A stretch of DNA of 56,833 nucleotides from a virus (Duplodnaviria; Caudoviricetes). The number at the start of each line of letters is the position of its first letter. The first letter of the stretch is position 1. The notes below the pieces were generated by a model. That model searched no databases and was not told the DNA's origin. It saw only the letters and a list, made by a program, of their open reading frames with translations. The position numbers and the translations under genes are program-made. The stretch lies in IMG/VR virus record IMGVR_UViG_3300013108_000466, positions 1 to 56,833 of that record. One strand, given 5' to 3'. Positions 38,126-48,202 of the stretch are shown one piece after another.

Positions 38126-38962
38126 ATGGATTTATCAATGCTTAAACAGAAGTTGGACACGCTCCAACAAAAAACACCTGCAGGTGGACAAAAGAGAGAT
38201 TATAGTCTTACATTTTGGAGACCAACAGTAGGTAAACAACAAATTAGAATTGTACCATCAGCGTATAATGCTAAAAACCCATTTACGGAATTAAAATTCT
38301 ATTATGGGATTACAAACAAGGTTATGATTTCACCTGAGAATTTTGGTGAAAAAGACCCAATTGCTCTATTTGCTAAGAAGCTTAGAGAAGAGTATAGTAA
38401 AGAGAATTATCTATTAGCTAAAAAATTAGATGCTAAAACTAGAATCTTTGCACCTGTTATCGTTAGAGGAGAGGAGGACAAAGGTGTTAGATTATGGCAA
38501 TTTGGAAAGTTAATTTATGAAGAATTACTTTCATTAGCTGTGGATGAAGAAATCGGTGATTATACTGATATTGTAAACGGTAGAGATCTTACAATTGAAA
38601 CAGTAGGTCCTGAATCTACAGGTACTCAATATAATAAGTCTTCAGTTAGAGTTAGATTAAAAGAAACACCACTTAGTAGTGATGCTGCTCAAGTAGAAGA
38701 GTGGAAAAAAGACCAACCAGACCCAACTGCTGAATTTAAAAGATTTACATTTGATGAAATGAAATCAGCATTAGAAAAATGGTTAGCTCCTGAGGAATCA
38801 GAAGGTGAAGGTGATATCATTTCAGAACCAGCAAGTGATTTTGATGATGAGAAAAAATCGAATTTTAGTTTAGATACATCAAACGTTAAAAAAGGTAAAT
38901 CAGATCAATTTGATTCACTATTTGATGGAGATGAAAATAAACCTGACGATTTACCCTTCTAA
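38126..38962 (+). CDS. Single-stranded DNA-binding protein (T4 gp32-like)
   Basis: FWRP..G...IRIVP, GVRLWQFGK, D...GRD, and an acidic tail ending DDLPF. Confidence 0.85.
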   Translation: MDLSMLKQKLDTLQQKTPAGGQKRDYSLTFWRPTVGKQQIRIVPSAYNAKNPFTELKFYYGITNKVMISPENFGEKDPIALFAKKLREEYSKENYLLAKKLDAKTRIFAPVIVRGEEDKGVRLWQFGKLIYEELLSLAVDEEIGDYTDIVNGRDLTIETVGPESTGTQYNKSSVRVRLKETPLSSDAAQVEEWKKDQPDPTAEFKRFTFDEMKSALEKWLAPEESEGEGDIISEPASDFDDEKKSNFSLDTSNVKKGKSDQFDSLFDGDENKPDDLPF

Positions 38963-38964
38963 AT

Positions 38965-40035
38965 ATGGCGAGACAGAAAAAATCATTATCGGCGGCAGTC
39001 TCTAAAGAAATCCAATCTAAATTTGATTTATCAAGTTTTAAGAATAAGAAAGGACTAGATAAGAATGTTAAATTTAAGGACCAAGAATGGTTACCTTTAT
39101 CAAAAGCATTCCAAGATGTTACTTCTATTCCTGGTATTCCTATGGGACACATTGTGTTACTAAGAGGACACTCCGATACAGGTAAGACAACAGCATTAAT
39201 TGAAGCAGCAGTATCTGCGCAAAAGCGTAGAATACTGCCTGTATTCATTATTACTGAGATGAAATGGAATTGGGAACATGCAATCCAAATGGGATTAGAC
39301 ATTAATATTGAAAGAGATGAAAATGGTGAAGTTGTAGATTATGATGGTAATTTTCTTTATGTTGATAGAGAAACTATTCACTCAATTGAAGACGTAGCTG
39401 GATTTATTTTAGATTTATTAGATGAACAAAAGAAAGGTAATTTACCTTATGATTTATTATTCTTATGGGATAGTATTGGATCAGTACCTTGTGAAATGTC
39501 TATTAAATCAAATAAAAATAATAATGAATGGAATGCAGGTGCAATGTCAACTCAATTTGGAAATAATGTAAATCAAAGAATTACATTGTCAAGAAAAGAG
39601 TCATCACCATTTACTAATACATTAGTTTGTATTAATAAGGTATGGACAGCTAAAGCAGAATCACCTATGGGACAACCTAAATTAATGAATAAAGGTGGAT
39701 TTGCTATGTGGTTTGATTCAACATTTGTAGTTACATTTGGTAATATTTCAAATGCTGGAACATCTAAAATTAAAGCAATTAAAGATGGTAAACAAGTTGA
39801 ATTTGCTAAAAGAGTAAATATTCAAATTGACAAGAATCACATTAATGGTGTTACTACGAGGGGAAAAATTGTTATGACTCCACATGGTTTCATTAATGAT
39901 AACGACAAAGAACTAAAACAATACAAGTCAGATAATTCAACTGAATGGGCTAAAGTATTAGGTGGAGGTGATTTTGATATCATTGAAGAAAATTATGTAG
40001 AGAACATTTCACATTTCGAAAAAGAACCAGAATAA
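38965..40035 (+). CDS. RecA/UvsX-like recombinase
   Basis: GIPMG, Walker A GHSDTGKTT, LWDSIG, and KGG.AMWF. Confidence 0.85.
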   Translation: MARQKKSLSAAVSKEIQSKFDLSSFKNKKGLDKNVKFKDQEWLPLSKAFQDVTSIPGIPMGHIVLLRGHSDTGKTTALIEAAVSAQKRRILPVFIITEMKWNWEHAIQMGLDINIERDENGEVVDYDGNFLYVDRETIHSIEDVAGFILDLLDEQKKGNLPYDLLFLWDSIGSVPCEMSIKSNKNNNEWNAGAMSTQFGNNVNQRITLSRKESSPFTNTLVCINKVWTAKAESPMGQPKLMNKGGFAMWFDSTFVVTFGNISNAGTSKIKAIKDGKQVEFAKRVNIQIDKNHINGVTTRGKIVMTPHGFINDNDKELKQYKSDNSTEWAKVLGGGDFDIIEENYVENISHFEKEPE

Positions 40036-40039
40036 AATT

Positions 40040-41080
40040 ATGAAGCAAAAAGAATTATTTAAGTTGCTGGATGAAGTCCAGGAGCAAGGGGAGGAAACTG
40101 TACAGAATAGACATGATAAAGTATTATTGATAGATGGTTTAAATCTATTTTTTAGGAACTTTGCTATGATGAATATGGTAAATCCTGATGGAATCCACAT
40201 TGGAGGGTTAGGTGGGTTCTTTCGTTCTTTAGGCGCAATGATTAGACAAACTAACCCTACTTCTGTTTATGTGGTATTCGATGGTGCAGGTTCTACGGCT
40301 AGCCGAAAGAACTTGCACTCCGAGTACAAACAAGATCGTGATATTAGAAGGATTACTAATTGGGATGCATTTGATAATTTAGAAGAAGAACATGATTCAA
40401 AAGTAGATCAAATAGTTCGTATAATCCAATATTTAAAATTATTACCTGTTAAAACAACAGTCATTGATAAAGTTGAGGCAGATGATATTATCGCAGTATT
40501 GGCTGAAAAATTAGTAGAAAAGCATAATTCAACGTGTTTTATTGTTTCAAGCGATAAAGATTTTGTACAGTTAGTTACTGATAAAATTATTCTATATAGA
40601 CCAATGGAAAAAGAATATTATACTCCAAAGGTAGTAAAAGAAAAATTTGGTGTATTAACTGAAAATTTTATTCTATATAAAACATTATTAGGAGACAATT
40701 CAGATAAAATTCCAGGTGTTAAAGGGTTAGGTGTAAAAGGTATATTTAAAAAATTTCCTGAATTACAAACCCAACCTCTTACATTAGATGATATTTTTGA
40801 TATTTCTACTAGGAAATTTAAAGATCATGTTGTATATTCACGCATAGTTCAAGATCAAAATAGATTAGAGACTAACTATAAAATTATGGATCTAAGTACT
40901 CCCATGATTGATGATAGAGAGAAGGATTATTTAGATGATTTAATTACAGAAGACATACCTGAATTTAACCCAGATATGTTTGTTCAGTTTTACAACGAAG
41001 ACAAATTAGGTGGGATGATTAGGAATTTAGAAACATGGTTAAAAGATATATTTTTACATTTTAAAGGTTATAAAAATTGA
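40040..41080 (+). CDS. 5'-3' exonuclease / flap endonuclease (T4 RNase H or PolI N-terminal-like)
   Basis: LLIDGLN, VVFDG, EADDII, SSDKDF, and GDNSDKIPGVKGLG. Confidence 0.93.
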   Translation: MKQKELFKLLDEVQEQGEETVQNRHDKVLLIDGLNLFFRNFAMMNMVNPDGIHIGGLGGFFRSLGAMIRQTNPTSVYVVFDGAGSTASRKNLHSEYKQDRDIRRITNWDAFDNLEEEHDSKVDQIVRIIQYLKLLPVKTTVIDKVEADDIIAVLAEKLVEKHNSTCFIVSSDKDFVQLVTDKIILYRPMEKEYYTPKVVKEKFGVLTENFILYKTLLGDNSDKIPGVKGLGVKGIFKKFPELQTQPLTLDDIFDISTRKFKDHVVYSRIVQDQNRLETNYKIMDLSTPMIDDREKDYLDDLITEDIPEFNPDMFVQFYNEDKLGGMIRNLETWLKDIFLHFKGYKN

Positions 41081-42462
41081 CACTACAAACATTAAATCAA
41101 TACGGACCCGATTTTCAAATTAAAGCAATTTCATCATTGCTTACTCACAAAGAATTTTTAACTAATATCCATGATATTATTAGTGAAGATTTTTTTGAAA
41201 ATAGTGCTCACAAATGGGCAATTAAAGAAATTTTAAAGTATTATGATAAGTATCATACTACACCTTCATTAGAAGTATTAAAAGTTGAATTACAAAAAGT
41301 AGATAATGATGTTTTACAAGTATCTATTAAAGAACAGTTAAAACAAGCTTACGTAGCATCAGATGAAGATCTAAAATATGTTCAGGAAGAATTTACTAAT
41401 TTTTGTAGAAATCAACAATTAAAGAAAGCATTAATGTCATCTGTAGATTTATTAAAAGCAGGTGATTTTGAAGCTATTAGAACAATAGTAGACGGAGCTT
41501 TAAGAGCTGGTCAAGATAAAAACGTAGGACATGAATATATTAAAGATATTGAAGAACGATATAGAGAAAACTCTCGTACAACTATACCTACACCTTGGGA
41601 CAAAATTAATGATTTACTACAAGGTGGATTGGGAAATGGAGATTTTGGTCTTATTTTTGGTAATCCTGGAGGCGGTAAATCATGGTCTCTTGTAGCATTA
41701 GGAGGTAATGCTGTTAGATTAGGTTACAATGTAATTCATTATACTTTAGAATTAGGTGAAGATTATGTTGGAAAGCGATATGACGCCTTCTTCACCCAAA
41801 TTCCAGTTAATAAAACTTCGTTACTTAGACCAAAAGTCGAAGAGATCATACCTCAATTACCAGGTAGGTTAATAATTAAAGAATTTCCAACAGGACGTGC
41901 AACTATGTCAACAATTGAATCACATATTAAGAAAGTTGAAAGTATGGGGATTAAAGCTGATTTAGTAATTATTGATTACGTTGATCTTCTTTCGTCAAGA
42001 AAGAAAAATAGGGAGCGTAAGGACGAAATTGATGATATTTATGGAAGCACAAAAGGCTTAGCTCGAGAACTTGACATTCCTATTTGGTCAGTTTCTCAAG
42101 TAAACAGAGCCGGGTCGAACGATGACATTATAGAAGGAGATAAAGCAGCTGGTTCTTATGATAAGCTGATGATCACTGACTTTTGTATGTCTCTTTCAAG
42201 AAAAAAAGAAGATAAAGTAAAAGGAACAGGTAGATTTCATATTATGAAAAACAGATACGGTACAGATGGTTTGACTTTTGCAGTTAAAGCAGATACAGCA
42301 ACTGGCCACTTTGAAGTACATAATTATAATACAGACCTAGACGAAGAAGAAACTTTTACTCCAGCGGTTAAAACAAATAAGTTTGATACTGATACAGACA
42401 AATTTGATAAGCAAAAACTCCGCAGCTTATATGACCCAGGTTTTTTTGAACTGAGTAAATAA
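41077..42462 (+). CDS. DnaB-like replicative helicase (T4 gp41-like)
   Basis: GNPGGGKS, YTLEL, IIDYVDLL, SVSQVNR, and KNRYG. TTG start overlapping the previous stop. Confidence 0.93.
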   Translation: MTLQTLNQYGPDFQIKAISSLLTHKEFLTNIHDIISEDFFENSAHKWAIKEILKYYDKYHTTPSLEVLKVELQKVDNDVLQVSIKEQLKQAYVASDEDLKYVQEEFTNFCRNQQLKKALMSSVDLLKAGDFEAIRTIVDGALRAGQDKNVGHEYIKDIEERYRENSRTTIPTPWDKINDLLQGGLGNGDFGLIFGNPGGGKSWSLVALGGNAVRLGYNVIHYTLELGEDYVGKRYDAFFTQIPVNKTSLLRPKVEEIIPQLPGRLIIKEFPTGRATMSTIESHIKKVESMGIKADLVIIDYVDLLSSRKKNRERKDEIDDIYGSTKGLARELDIPIWSVSQVNRAGSNDDIIEGDKAAGSYDKLMITDFCMSLSRKKEDKVKGTGRFHIMKNRYGTDGLTFAVKADTATGHFEVHNYNTDLDEEETFTPAVKTNKFDTDTDKFDKQKLRSLYDPGFFELSK

Positions 42463-42483
42463 CTAATTAAAACACATTTTAAA

Positions 42484-43470
42484 ATGGCAAAAACATCATT
42501 ATTACAAGAACGTATCGTTTATAAACCCTTTGAATATCCAGAAGCACATGACTATTGGATGAAACAACAACAAGCACATTGGCTTCATACTGAAGTACCA
42601 ATGATGTCAGATGTAAATGACTGGAAACAAAATCTTAGTGAAACCGAAAAAACTATTATTGGTTCGATACTAAAAGGTTTTGCCCAAACGGAAACTGTAG
42701 TAAATGATTATTGGTCATCATTAGTAACTAAATGGTTTAGAAAACCAGAAGTAATTAAAATGGCTGTTACATTTGGAGCATTTGAAACAATTCATGCTGA
42801 AGCTTATTCTTTATTAAACGAAGAATTAGGTTTAGATGATTTTGCTGAATTTTTAGAAGATGAAGCAACAATGGCTAAAATTGAAACATTAATGAATGTT
42901 AGAGATAGTCATGATGGTACTCCTAATTGGCATGAAAGAGCTAAATCATTAGCAATCTTTTCTGCGTTTACAGAAGGAGTTAATTTATTTTCTTCTTTTG
43001 CTGTTTTATTATCATTTAAATTAGATAATAAACTTAAAGGTGTAGGTCAAATTGTAGAATGGAGTATTAGAGACGAATCATTACATTCAGATGCAGGATG
43101 TTGGTTATTTAGAACTTTACTAAAAGAACACCCTGAATTAGATACACCTGAATTAAGAGCTGATATTGAAGAAGCAGCTCGTTTATCTTTAAAATTAGAA
43201 TTAGATTTTATTGATAAAGTTTATGAAATGGGAGACTTAAATGGGTGTCCAAAATATGATTTAATATCTTTTATTAAGCATAGAGTAAATACTAAAATGA
43301 GTGATTTAGGATATGGAGCAATAGTAAATGGTATAGATCAAGAAGCAGTACAAAGAATGAGTTGGTTTGATAATCTTTCAGGTGGAAAACAACATACAGA
43401 TTTCTTTGCAAATAGAGTAACAAATTATAGTAAAGGTGTTCAAAATTGGGATGCCGCAGCAATGTTTTAA
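42484..43470 (+). CDS. nrdB: Ribonucleotide reductase class Ia beta subunit
   Basis: ETIHAEAY, EGVNLFSSF, RDESLH, and DFFANRVTNY. Confidence 0.95.
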   Translation: MAKTSLLQERIVYKPFEYPEAHDYWMKQQQAHWLHTEVPMMSDVNDWKQNLSETEKTIIGSILKGFAQTETVVNDYWSSLVTKWFRKPEVIKMAVTFGAFETIHAEAYSLLNEELGLDDFAEFLEDEATMAKIETLMNVRDSHDGTPNWHERAKSLAIFSAFTEGVNLFSSFAVLLSFKLDNKLKGVGQIVEWSIRDESLHSDAGCWLFRTLLKEHPELDTPELRADIEEAARLSLKLELDFIDKVYEMGDLNGCPKYDLISFIKHRVNTKMSDLGYGAIVNGIDQEAVQRMSWFDNLSGGKQHTDFFANRVTNYSKGVQNWDAAAMF

Positions 43471-43473
43471 GAT

Positions 43474-45186
43474 ATGGATAATAATTTAATAGCAGATTAT
43501 AGTAATTGGACACCAGGAAAAGAATATCCTGAGTGGATGGATGAAATTTCTTTAGCAACAATTTCTAAAGGATACTTACTTCCAGGTGAAACAGTAAAAA
43601 CAGCATATAAAAGAGTAGCAAATGCATCAGCAGCTAGACTTAAAAAACCAGAATTAGCAAATAAATTTTTTAAATATATTTGGAATGGTTGGATTGGATT
43701 AGCATCACCTGTTATTTCAAATATGGGAACTGATAGGGGTTTACCAATATCATGTTTTGGTATTGATACTCCTGATTCTATACGTGGAATTGGTTTAACT
43801 AATGCAGAACTAATGAAATTAACAGCATCTGGTGGAGGTGTAGGTATTAGTGTATCTCGCATTAGAAAACGTGGAGAATATATTTCAGGTAATGGTAAAA
43901 GTGAAGGTGTAGTTCCATGGTGTAAAATTTATGATTCTGCAATTATTGCTACAAACCAAGGTAATGTTAGAAGAGGTGCTGCATCAGTTAATTTAGATAT
44001 TGAACATGGTGATATAGATGAATTTTTAGAAATTAGAAGACCTAAAGGTGATCCTAACAGACAATGTTTAAATTTACATCAATGTGTTGTTGTAGGAGAT
44101 AGCTTTATGAGAAAATTAGAAGCTAGGGACCCAGAATCAATGAATAGATGGGCTAAAGTTCTTAAATCAAGAATGGAAACAGGAGAACCTTATATCATGT
44201 ATAAGGATAATGTAAATAAAAATAATCCTATAGCTTATAGAATGCACAATTTAGATGTTTCTATGACTAATATTTGTTCTGAAATCACATTATTTACAGA
44301 TGAAGAACATTCATTTATTTGTTGTTTATCTTCTTTAAACTTAGCTAAATGGGAAGAATATAAGGACACAGATTGTATTCAAACTGCAATTTGGTTTTTA
44401 GATGGTGTAATGCAAGAGTTTATAGATAAATCTAATGGTAAAGAATCATTAAAAAGAACTCATAAACATGCTGCTAAAGGTAGAGCATTAGGATTAGGTG
44501 TAATGGGTTGGCATACATTCTTACAACAAAAAGGATTACCATTTAACTCAGTAGCTTCTACAGTTCATACTAGAAATATATTTAATAAAATTAGAAGTGA
44601 AGCAGAAAGTGCTTCAATGAATTTAGCTGCTGAATATGGAGAACCTTTATGGTGTAGAGGAACTGGTATGAGAAATACTCATTTATTAGCCGTTGCTCCT
44701 ACAGTTTCAAATTCTGTTATTTGTGGTGGTATTTCTGCTGGTATTGAACCTTTACCTGCTAATGTTTATACTTTTAATGGTGCTAAAGGTACTTTTATTA
44801 GAAAAAATAAATCATTAGAAGCTTTACTTGAGTCTAAAGGTGAAAATAAGGAAAAATGGTGGAAACAAATGTTACAAGAAGGAGGATCTGTTCTAGGTTT
44901 ACCAGATAGTGTTTTATCTGCAGACGAAAAAGAAGTATTCTTAACATTTTCAGAAACAAATCAATTAGAATTAGTAAAACAAGCAGCTGAAAGACAAAAA
45001 TATATTGACCAAACTCAATCATTAAATTTATCATTTGACCCTAATGATTCACCAAAATGGATTAATCAAGTGCATATGGAAGGTTGGAAACTTGGTGTCA
45101 AAACGTTCTACTATTTGCGAACTGATTCAGTAATTAAAGGAGATTTGGGAAGTAGGCAAGCAGATTGTCTTTCTTGCGATGGATAG
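43474..45186 (+). CDS. nrdA: Ribonucleotide reductase class Ia alpha subunit (no ATP cone)
   Basis: ISCF, TNICSEI, CCLSSLN, APTVSNS, DQTQSLNL, KTFYY, and C-terminal CLSCDG. Confidence 0.95.
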   Translation: MDNNLIADYSNWTPGKEYPEWMDEISLATISKGYLLPGETVKTAYKRVANASAARLKKPELANKFFKYIWNGWIGLASPVISNMGTDRGLPISCFGIDTPDSIRGIGLTNAELMKLTASGGGVGISVSRIRKRGEYISGNGKSEGVVPWCKIYDSAIIATNQGNVRRGAASVNLDIEHGDIDEFLEIRRPKGDPNRQCLNLHQCVVVGDSFMRKLEARDPESMNRWAKVLKSRMETGEPYIMYKDNVNKNNPIAYRMHNLDVSMTNICSEITLFTDEEHSFICCLSSLNLAKWEEYKDTDCIQTAIWFLDGVMQEFIDKSNGKESLKRTHKHAAKGRALGLGVMGWHTFLQQKGLPFNSVASTVHTRNIFNKIRSEAESASMNLAAEYGEPLWCRGTGMRNTHLLAVAPTVSNSVICGGISAGIEPLPANVYTFNGAKGTFIRKNKSLEALLESKGENKEKWWKQMLQEGGSVLGLPDSVLSADEKEVFLTFSETNQLELVKQAAERQKYIDQTQSLNLSFDPNDSPKWINQVHMEGWKLGVKTFYYLRTDSVIKGDLGSRQADCLSCDG

Positions 45187-45240
45187 ATAAATCTAAGAAT
45201 ATCCTCACATATTTATCGTCAAACATAAATAGATACATAC

Positions 45241-46476
45241 ATGAGGATTTTAGTGTTAATTGTTGTATTATTCCTAGCAATTCCTGCTACGGCTCAAGAA
45301 AAGGATAAGAAAAATATTTTTAAAGAATTCTACAATGATTTCTTTAAATATTCTACTATTTACGGAGCTGGTGATTATAGATCAGCATACGAATCATCAG
45401 ACAAAAAATATTTAATTAGAACTCCAGATGGTGCTGGAATTTATGATGTGCCAGAAGTAGTAGATGTAACTGAATACTTCCCTTCAGATTATAGAATTGG
45501 ATTCGGTATTCGTAAATTAGGTAGATTTGATTACGAAAGAAAACCAGGCAACTTTTGGACTGGAGATCAAAATTTAGAAAGACAAAACGCTTTATTAGCC
45601 CCTAGTTCAGCTGTAATGGGTTGGGAATATCTATTCCATTGGGAAAAAGAAAGACGTAGAGGTGAAGAGTGGGAAAATCAAAGATACTTTTTAAGACATA
45701 CTGGAAAACATCACATTGTAAAATTAGAGTCTCGATTTCAGGGCGCCTATGATTTCAATTACAATTCTGCTGATGTAAGAGCTAGATTACCAATTGGAAA
45801 GAAATTCTCTCTTTCAGCTGGTGCTGCTTATAGAACACACGAAAGAGTTTATGGTGTTAATCCTTATGAAATTTGGGTTAGTGCTTTAGATGCTGATGGG
45901 AACCAAGAAAATTATTGGTACGAATTAGCTTATGAATATGGTTATCAAGATGCTTATTACACTACAGAAATTTATAACCCAGTAACTGGAGAACAACAAA
46001 ACGTTGGAGGATATTTTTGGTGGGATCCAAATGGAAATAGAATTGCATCTTCAGATTTAGAATTTAGAGATGGACCTTACAAAAGATTAATTTCAAGATA
46101 TAATGCAGAAGTTTTAGGTAATACATCCCAATTTGGATTAATAAGTCCAGTAGTGGGATTTGATTTTTACCATTATAAATCTAACTTCTGGTTACACTTA
46201 TATGGAACCGCATATTTACCTTATCACAACTATATAAAAGGTGATAAAGATGAACAAGGCAGAGTTCCATTATCTTACTTATTTAGAGATAGTTGGGATC
46301 AATACGGATTAGCTGATGCAGCTGAAGGTGATCAATGGTGGGACTATCAAGCCGGAGCAAATTTTGGTTGGAAAATAAGTAAGTCATTAGGAATCTTCGC
46401 AGACACAGAATATACAAGAATGTGGGATTCTGAAATGTTTATAACTTCATTTGGATTAAATTATACATTTAGATAA
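45241..46476 (+). CDS. Putative outer-membrane beta-barrel protein
   Basis: Sec signal peptide (MRILVLIVVLFLAIPATA), aromatic-rich alternating strands, and C-terminal FGLNYTFR resembling a BAM beta-signal. Confidence 0.65.
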   Translation: MRILVLIVVLFLAIPATAQEKDKKNIFKEFYNDFFKYSTIYGAGDYRSAYESSDKKYLIRTPDGAGIYDVPEVVDVTEYFPSDYRIGFGIRKLGRFDYERKPGNFWTGDQNLERQNALLAPSSAVMGWEYLFHWEKERRRGEEWENQRYFLRHTGKHHIVKLESRFQGAYDFNYNSADVRARLPIGKKFSLSAGAAYRTHERVYGVNPYEIWVSALDADGNQENYWYELAYEYGYQDAYYTTEIYNPVTGEQQNVGGYFWWDPNGNRIASSDLEFRDGPYKRLISRYNAEVLGNTSQFGLISPVVGFDFYHYKSNFWLHLYGTAYLPYHNYIKGDKDEQGRVPLSYLFRDSWDQYGLADAAEGDQWWDYQAGANFGWKISKSLGIFADTEYTRMWDSEMFITSFGLNYTFR

Positions 46477-46477
46477 A

Positions 46478-46759
46478 ATGGCAAAACAAATAGGCGAAGA
46501 TACTAAGGTTACCTTAGATTTAAAAACAATTGGAATGATAGCAACTTTCATAGTCATGCTAGCTGGTATGTGGTTTACACTACAAGCAGATATAGCACGT
46601 GCAATGGAAATGCCTGAACCAGTTATTGACAGGGTTGAATACGATTTAAAAGATGAATTGGTTCGACAAACAATAATGGATACTCAAGACGACGTAGACA
46701 AAATTTTAGAGGAATTAGAAAAGATAGATGAACGTCTTTATGAGTTACAGAAAAAATAA
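46478..46759 (+). CDS. Single-TM coiled-coil protein, paralog A
   Basis: EDTKVTLDLK..GM......AGMWFTLQADI, similar to the ORF at 47823. Confidence 0.7.
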   Translation: MAKQIGEDTKVTLDLKTIGMIATFIVMLAGMWFTLQADIARAMEMPEPVIDRVEYDLKDELVRQTIMDTQDDVDKILEELEKIDERLYELQKK

Positions 46760-46762
46760 CAC

Positions 46763-47188
46763 ATGAAAAACCTTCTTTTTTTACTAGTAGCAATCCCCTC
46801 AATTTTATTTGGACAACAAGACGTACCTGAAAAATATTGGCTAGATGATTCAAATTACGAAGACGTAATAAATGGAAAATCTGCATTTGGGGATGATGAA
46901 AATAAAGTTATAGTAGTTGAATATTGGGCTAAATTTAATGAAGCTAATTGTTACCCTCATTGGAAAGAATTAGCAGATAACCCAGATATAGATTATTATA
47001 GAGTAAATATTGCTAATGCTCCTGTAGCAACTAAAAAATATAGAGTTAGAATGGCTCCAACAATTTTTATCATATTAGATGGTATAATTGAAACTAAATT
47101 TAAAGCAGGGTTAGACCTAGAATTCCCAGCAGATAAATCAGAAGTTGAAGAAGCTATTAAAGAGGTACAAAGCTCTGATAAATTCTAA
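46763..47188 (+). CDS. Exported thioredoxin-fold protein lacking CxxC
   Basis: Signal peptide. VIVVEYWAKFN occupies the position of xxFWAxWC, followed by YRVRMAPTIFI. Confidence 0.7.
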   Translation: MKNLLFLLVAIPSILFGQQDVPEKYWLDDSNYEDVINGKSAFGDDENKVIVVEYWAKFNEANCYPHWKELADNPDIDYYRVNIANAPVATKKYRVRMAPTIFIILDGIIETKFKAGLDLEFPADKSEVEEAIKEVQSSDKF

Positions 47189-47253
47189 TATTTATAATCA
47201 CAATAATAATAAGGTTCCATTAATAGTTTTACTAATTTTTAAAAACTAGAAAT

Positions 47254-47490
47254 ATGGCATTTAAAGATTTGTTTAAAGACGACAACAACATTAACGAAAA
47301 ATCAGTAGTAGGATTTGCATCCTTTCTGGTTATGGTCATTTTTGCAGTAGTAGATATTATTACTGGAGTTTATGGCAAAGAACTTCAAATACAAGATTAC
47401 ATTTATAATTCTTTCGTAATCATAACTCTCGGCTCCTTTGGTATAGCTGAGGTAGGCAAAATCTTCGGTAAGAAAAAAGACGAAGAATAA
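47254..47490 (+). CDS. Two-TM membrane protein (holin candidate)
   Basis: Two hydrophobic helices, a charged C-terminus, a late promoter at 47188, and proximity to an endolysin candidate. Confidence 0.55.
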   Translation: MAFKDLFKDDNNINEKSVVGFASFLVMVIFAVVDIITGVYGKELQIQDYIYNSFVIITLGSFGIAEVGKIFGKKKDEE

Positions 47491-47533
47491 TTAGTTGCTA
47501 GTTATCGTATTGTTTAACTAAAACCCCAATTAT

Positions 47534-47764
47534 ATGGAAATTCTAAACAAGATCGGCTCTTGGGCTGACAAACTGACTCACATAGGTGTGTCTTTAATCG
47601 CTTTAGGAGTAGTACTTGAAGTACTATTCAACGGAGCCGGAATACCTTTTTGGCCAGAAATATCTGTAGTAGATAATATTATGGCAATTCTTGGATCATT
47701 GAACGCAGAAGGACTACTAGGTCTAGTAGGTGCTTTTGTTTTATATCACATAGTTAAAAAATAG
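47534..47764 (+). CDS. Small two-TM membrane protein
   Basis: 76 aa, mostly hydrophobic. Confidence 0.7.
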   Translation: MEILNKIGSWADKLTHIGVSLIALGVVLEVLFNGAGIPFWPEISVVDNIMAILGSLNAEGLLGLVGAFVLYHIVKK

Positions 47765-47780
47765 GAGGTGTTTAATATTT

Positions 47781-47809
47781 ATCCCCGTACCGCATGGTGC
47801 GGGGATTTT
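47781..47809 (+). terminator. GC-rich hairpin (terminator or 5' stabiliser)
   Basis: ATCCCCGTACC-GCAT-GGTGCGGGGAT followed by TTT. Overlaps an ATATTTATC motif at 47775. Confidence 0.6.
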
Positions 47810-47822
47810 ATATTTTAAAACA

Positions 47823-48152
47823 ATGGAAGAACAAAAACAATTAGAATTAAACGAGGGGTCTAAAGTAAGTTTAGACGTGAAAGCCTTAATAGGTATGGTT
47901 ATTGGAATTGTTTCTATTGCTGGAGTATGGTTTACTCTACAAGCTGAAATTTCACAATTACAATTAGATGTAATTAGAATGCAGGATGACGTTGAATTAA
48001 ATCATGAATTTAGAGTCAAATGGCCTAGAGGTGAAATGGGTGCGTTACCTGATGACGCAAAACAAGATCTTAGAATCGAATATCTACAAAAAGAAGTAGA
48101 TGTTTTGAGAGAGGTAGTAAAAAAATTAGAAATTGAAAATGCTAAAAAATGA
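47823..48152 (+). CDS. Single-TM coiled-coil protein, paralog B
   Basis: EGSKVSLDVK..IGM......AGVWFTLQAEI. Confidence 0.7.
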   Translation: MEEQKQLELNEGSKVSLDVKALIGMVIGIVSIAGVWFTLQAEISQLQLDVIRMQDDVELNHEFRVKWPRGEMGALPDDAKQDLRIEYLQKEVDVLREVVKKLEIENAKK

Positions 48153-48202
48153 AAAAATTAAAATCAATATTCTATGAATATTGGATAAAACCATGGGCAT
48201 GA
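48149..48202 (+). CDS. 17-aa micro-ORF (MKKLKSIFYEYWIKPWA)
   Basis: ATGA overlaps at both ends couple it to the upstream gene and to the ATG at 48199. Confidence 0.5.
   Translation: MKKLKSIFYEYWIKPWA

Noticed and set aside
9212-45186. Introns, inteins or homing endonucleases in terL, PolA, helicase, nrdA or nrdB
   Set aside because: All are continuous and of normal or short length, with no intein termini or LAGLIDADG/HNH/GIY-YIG motifs seen.
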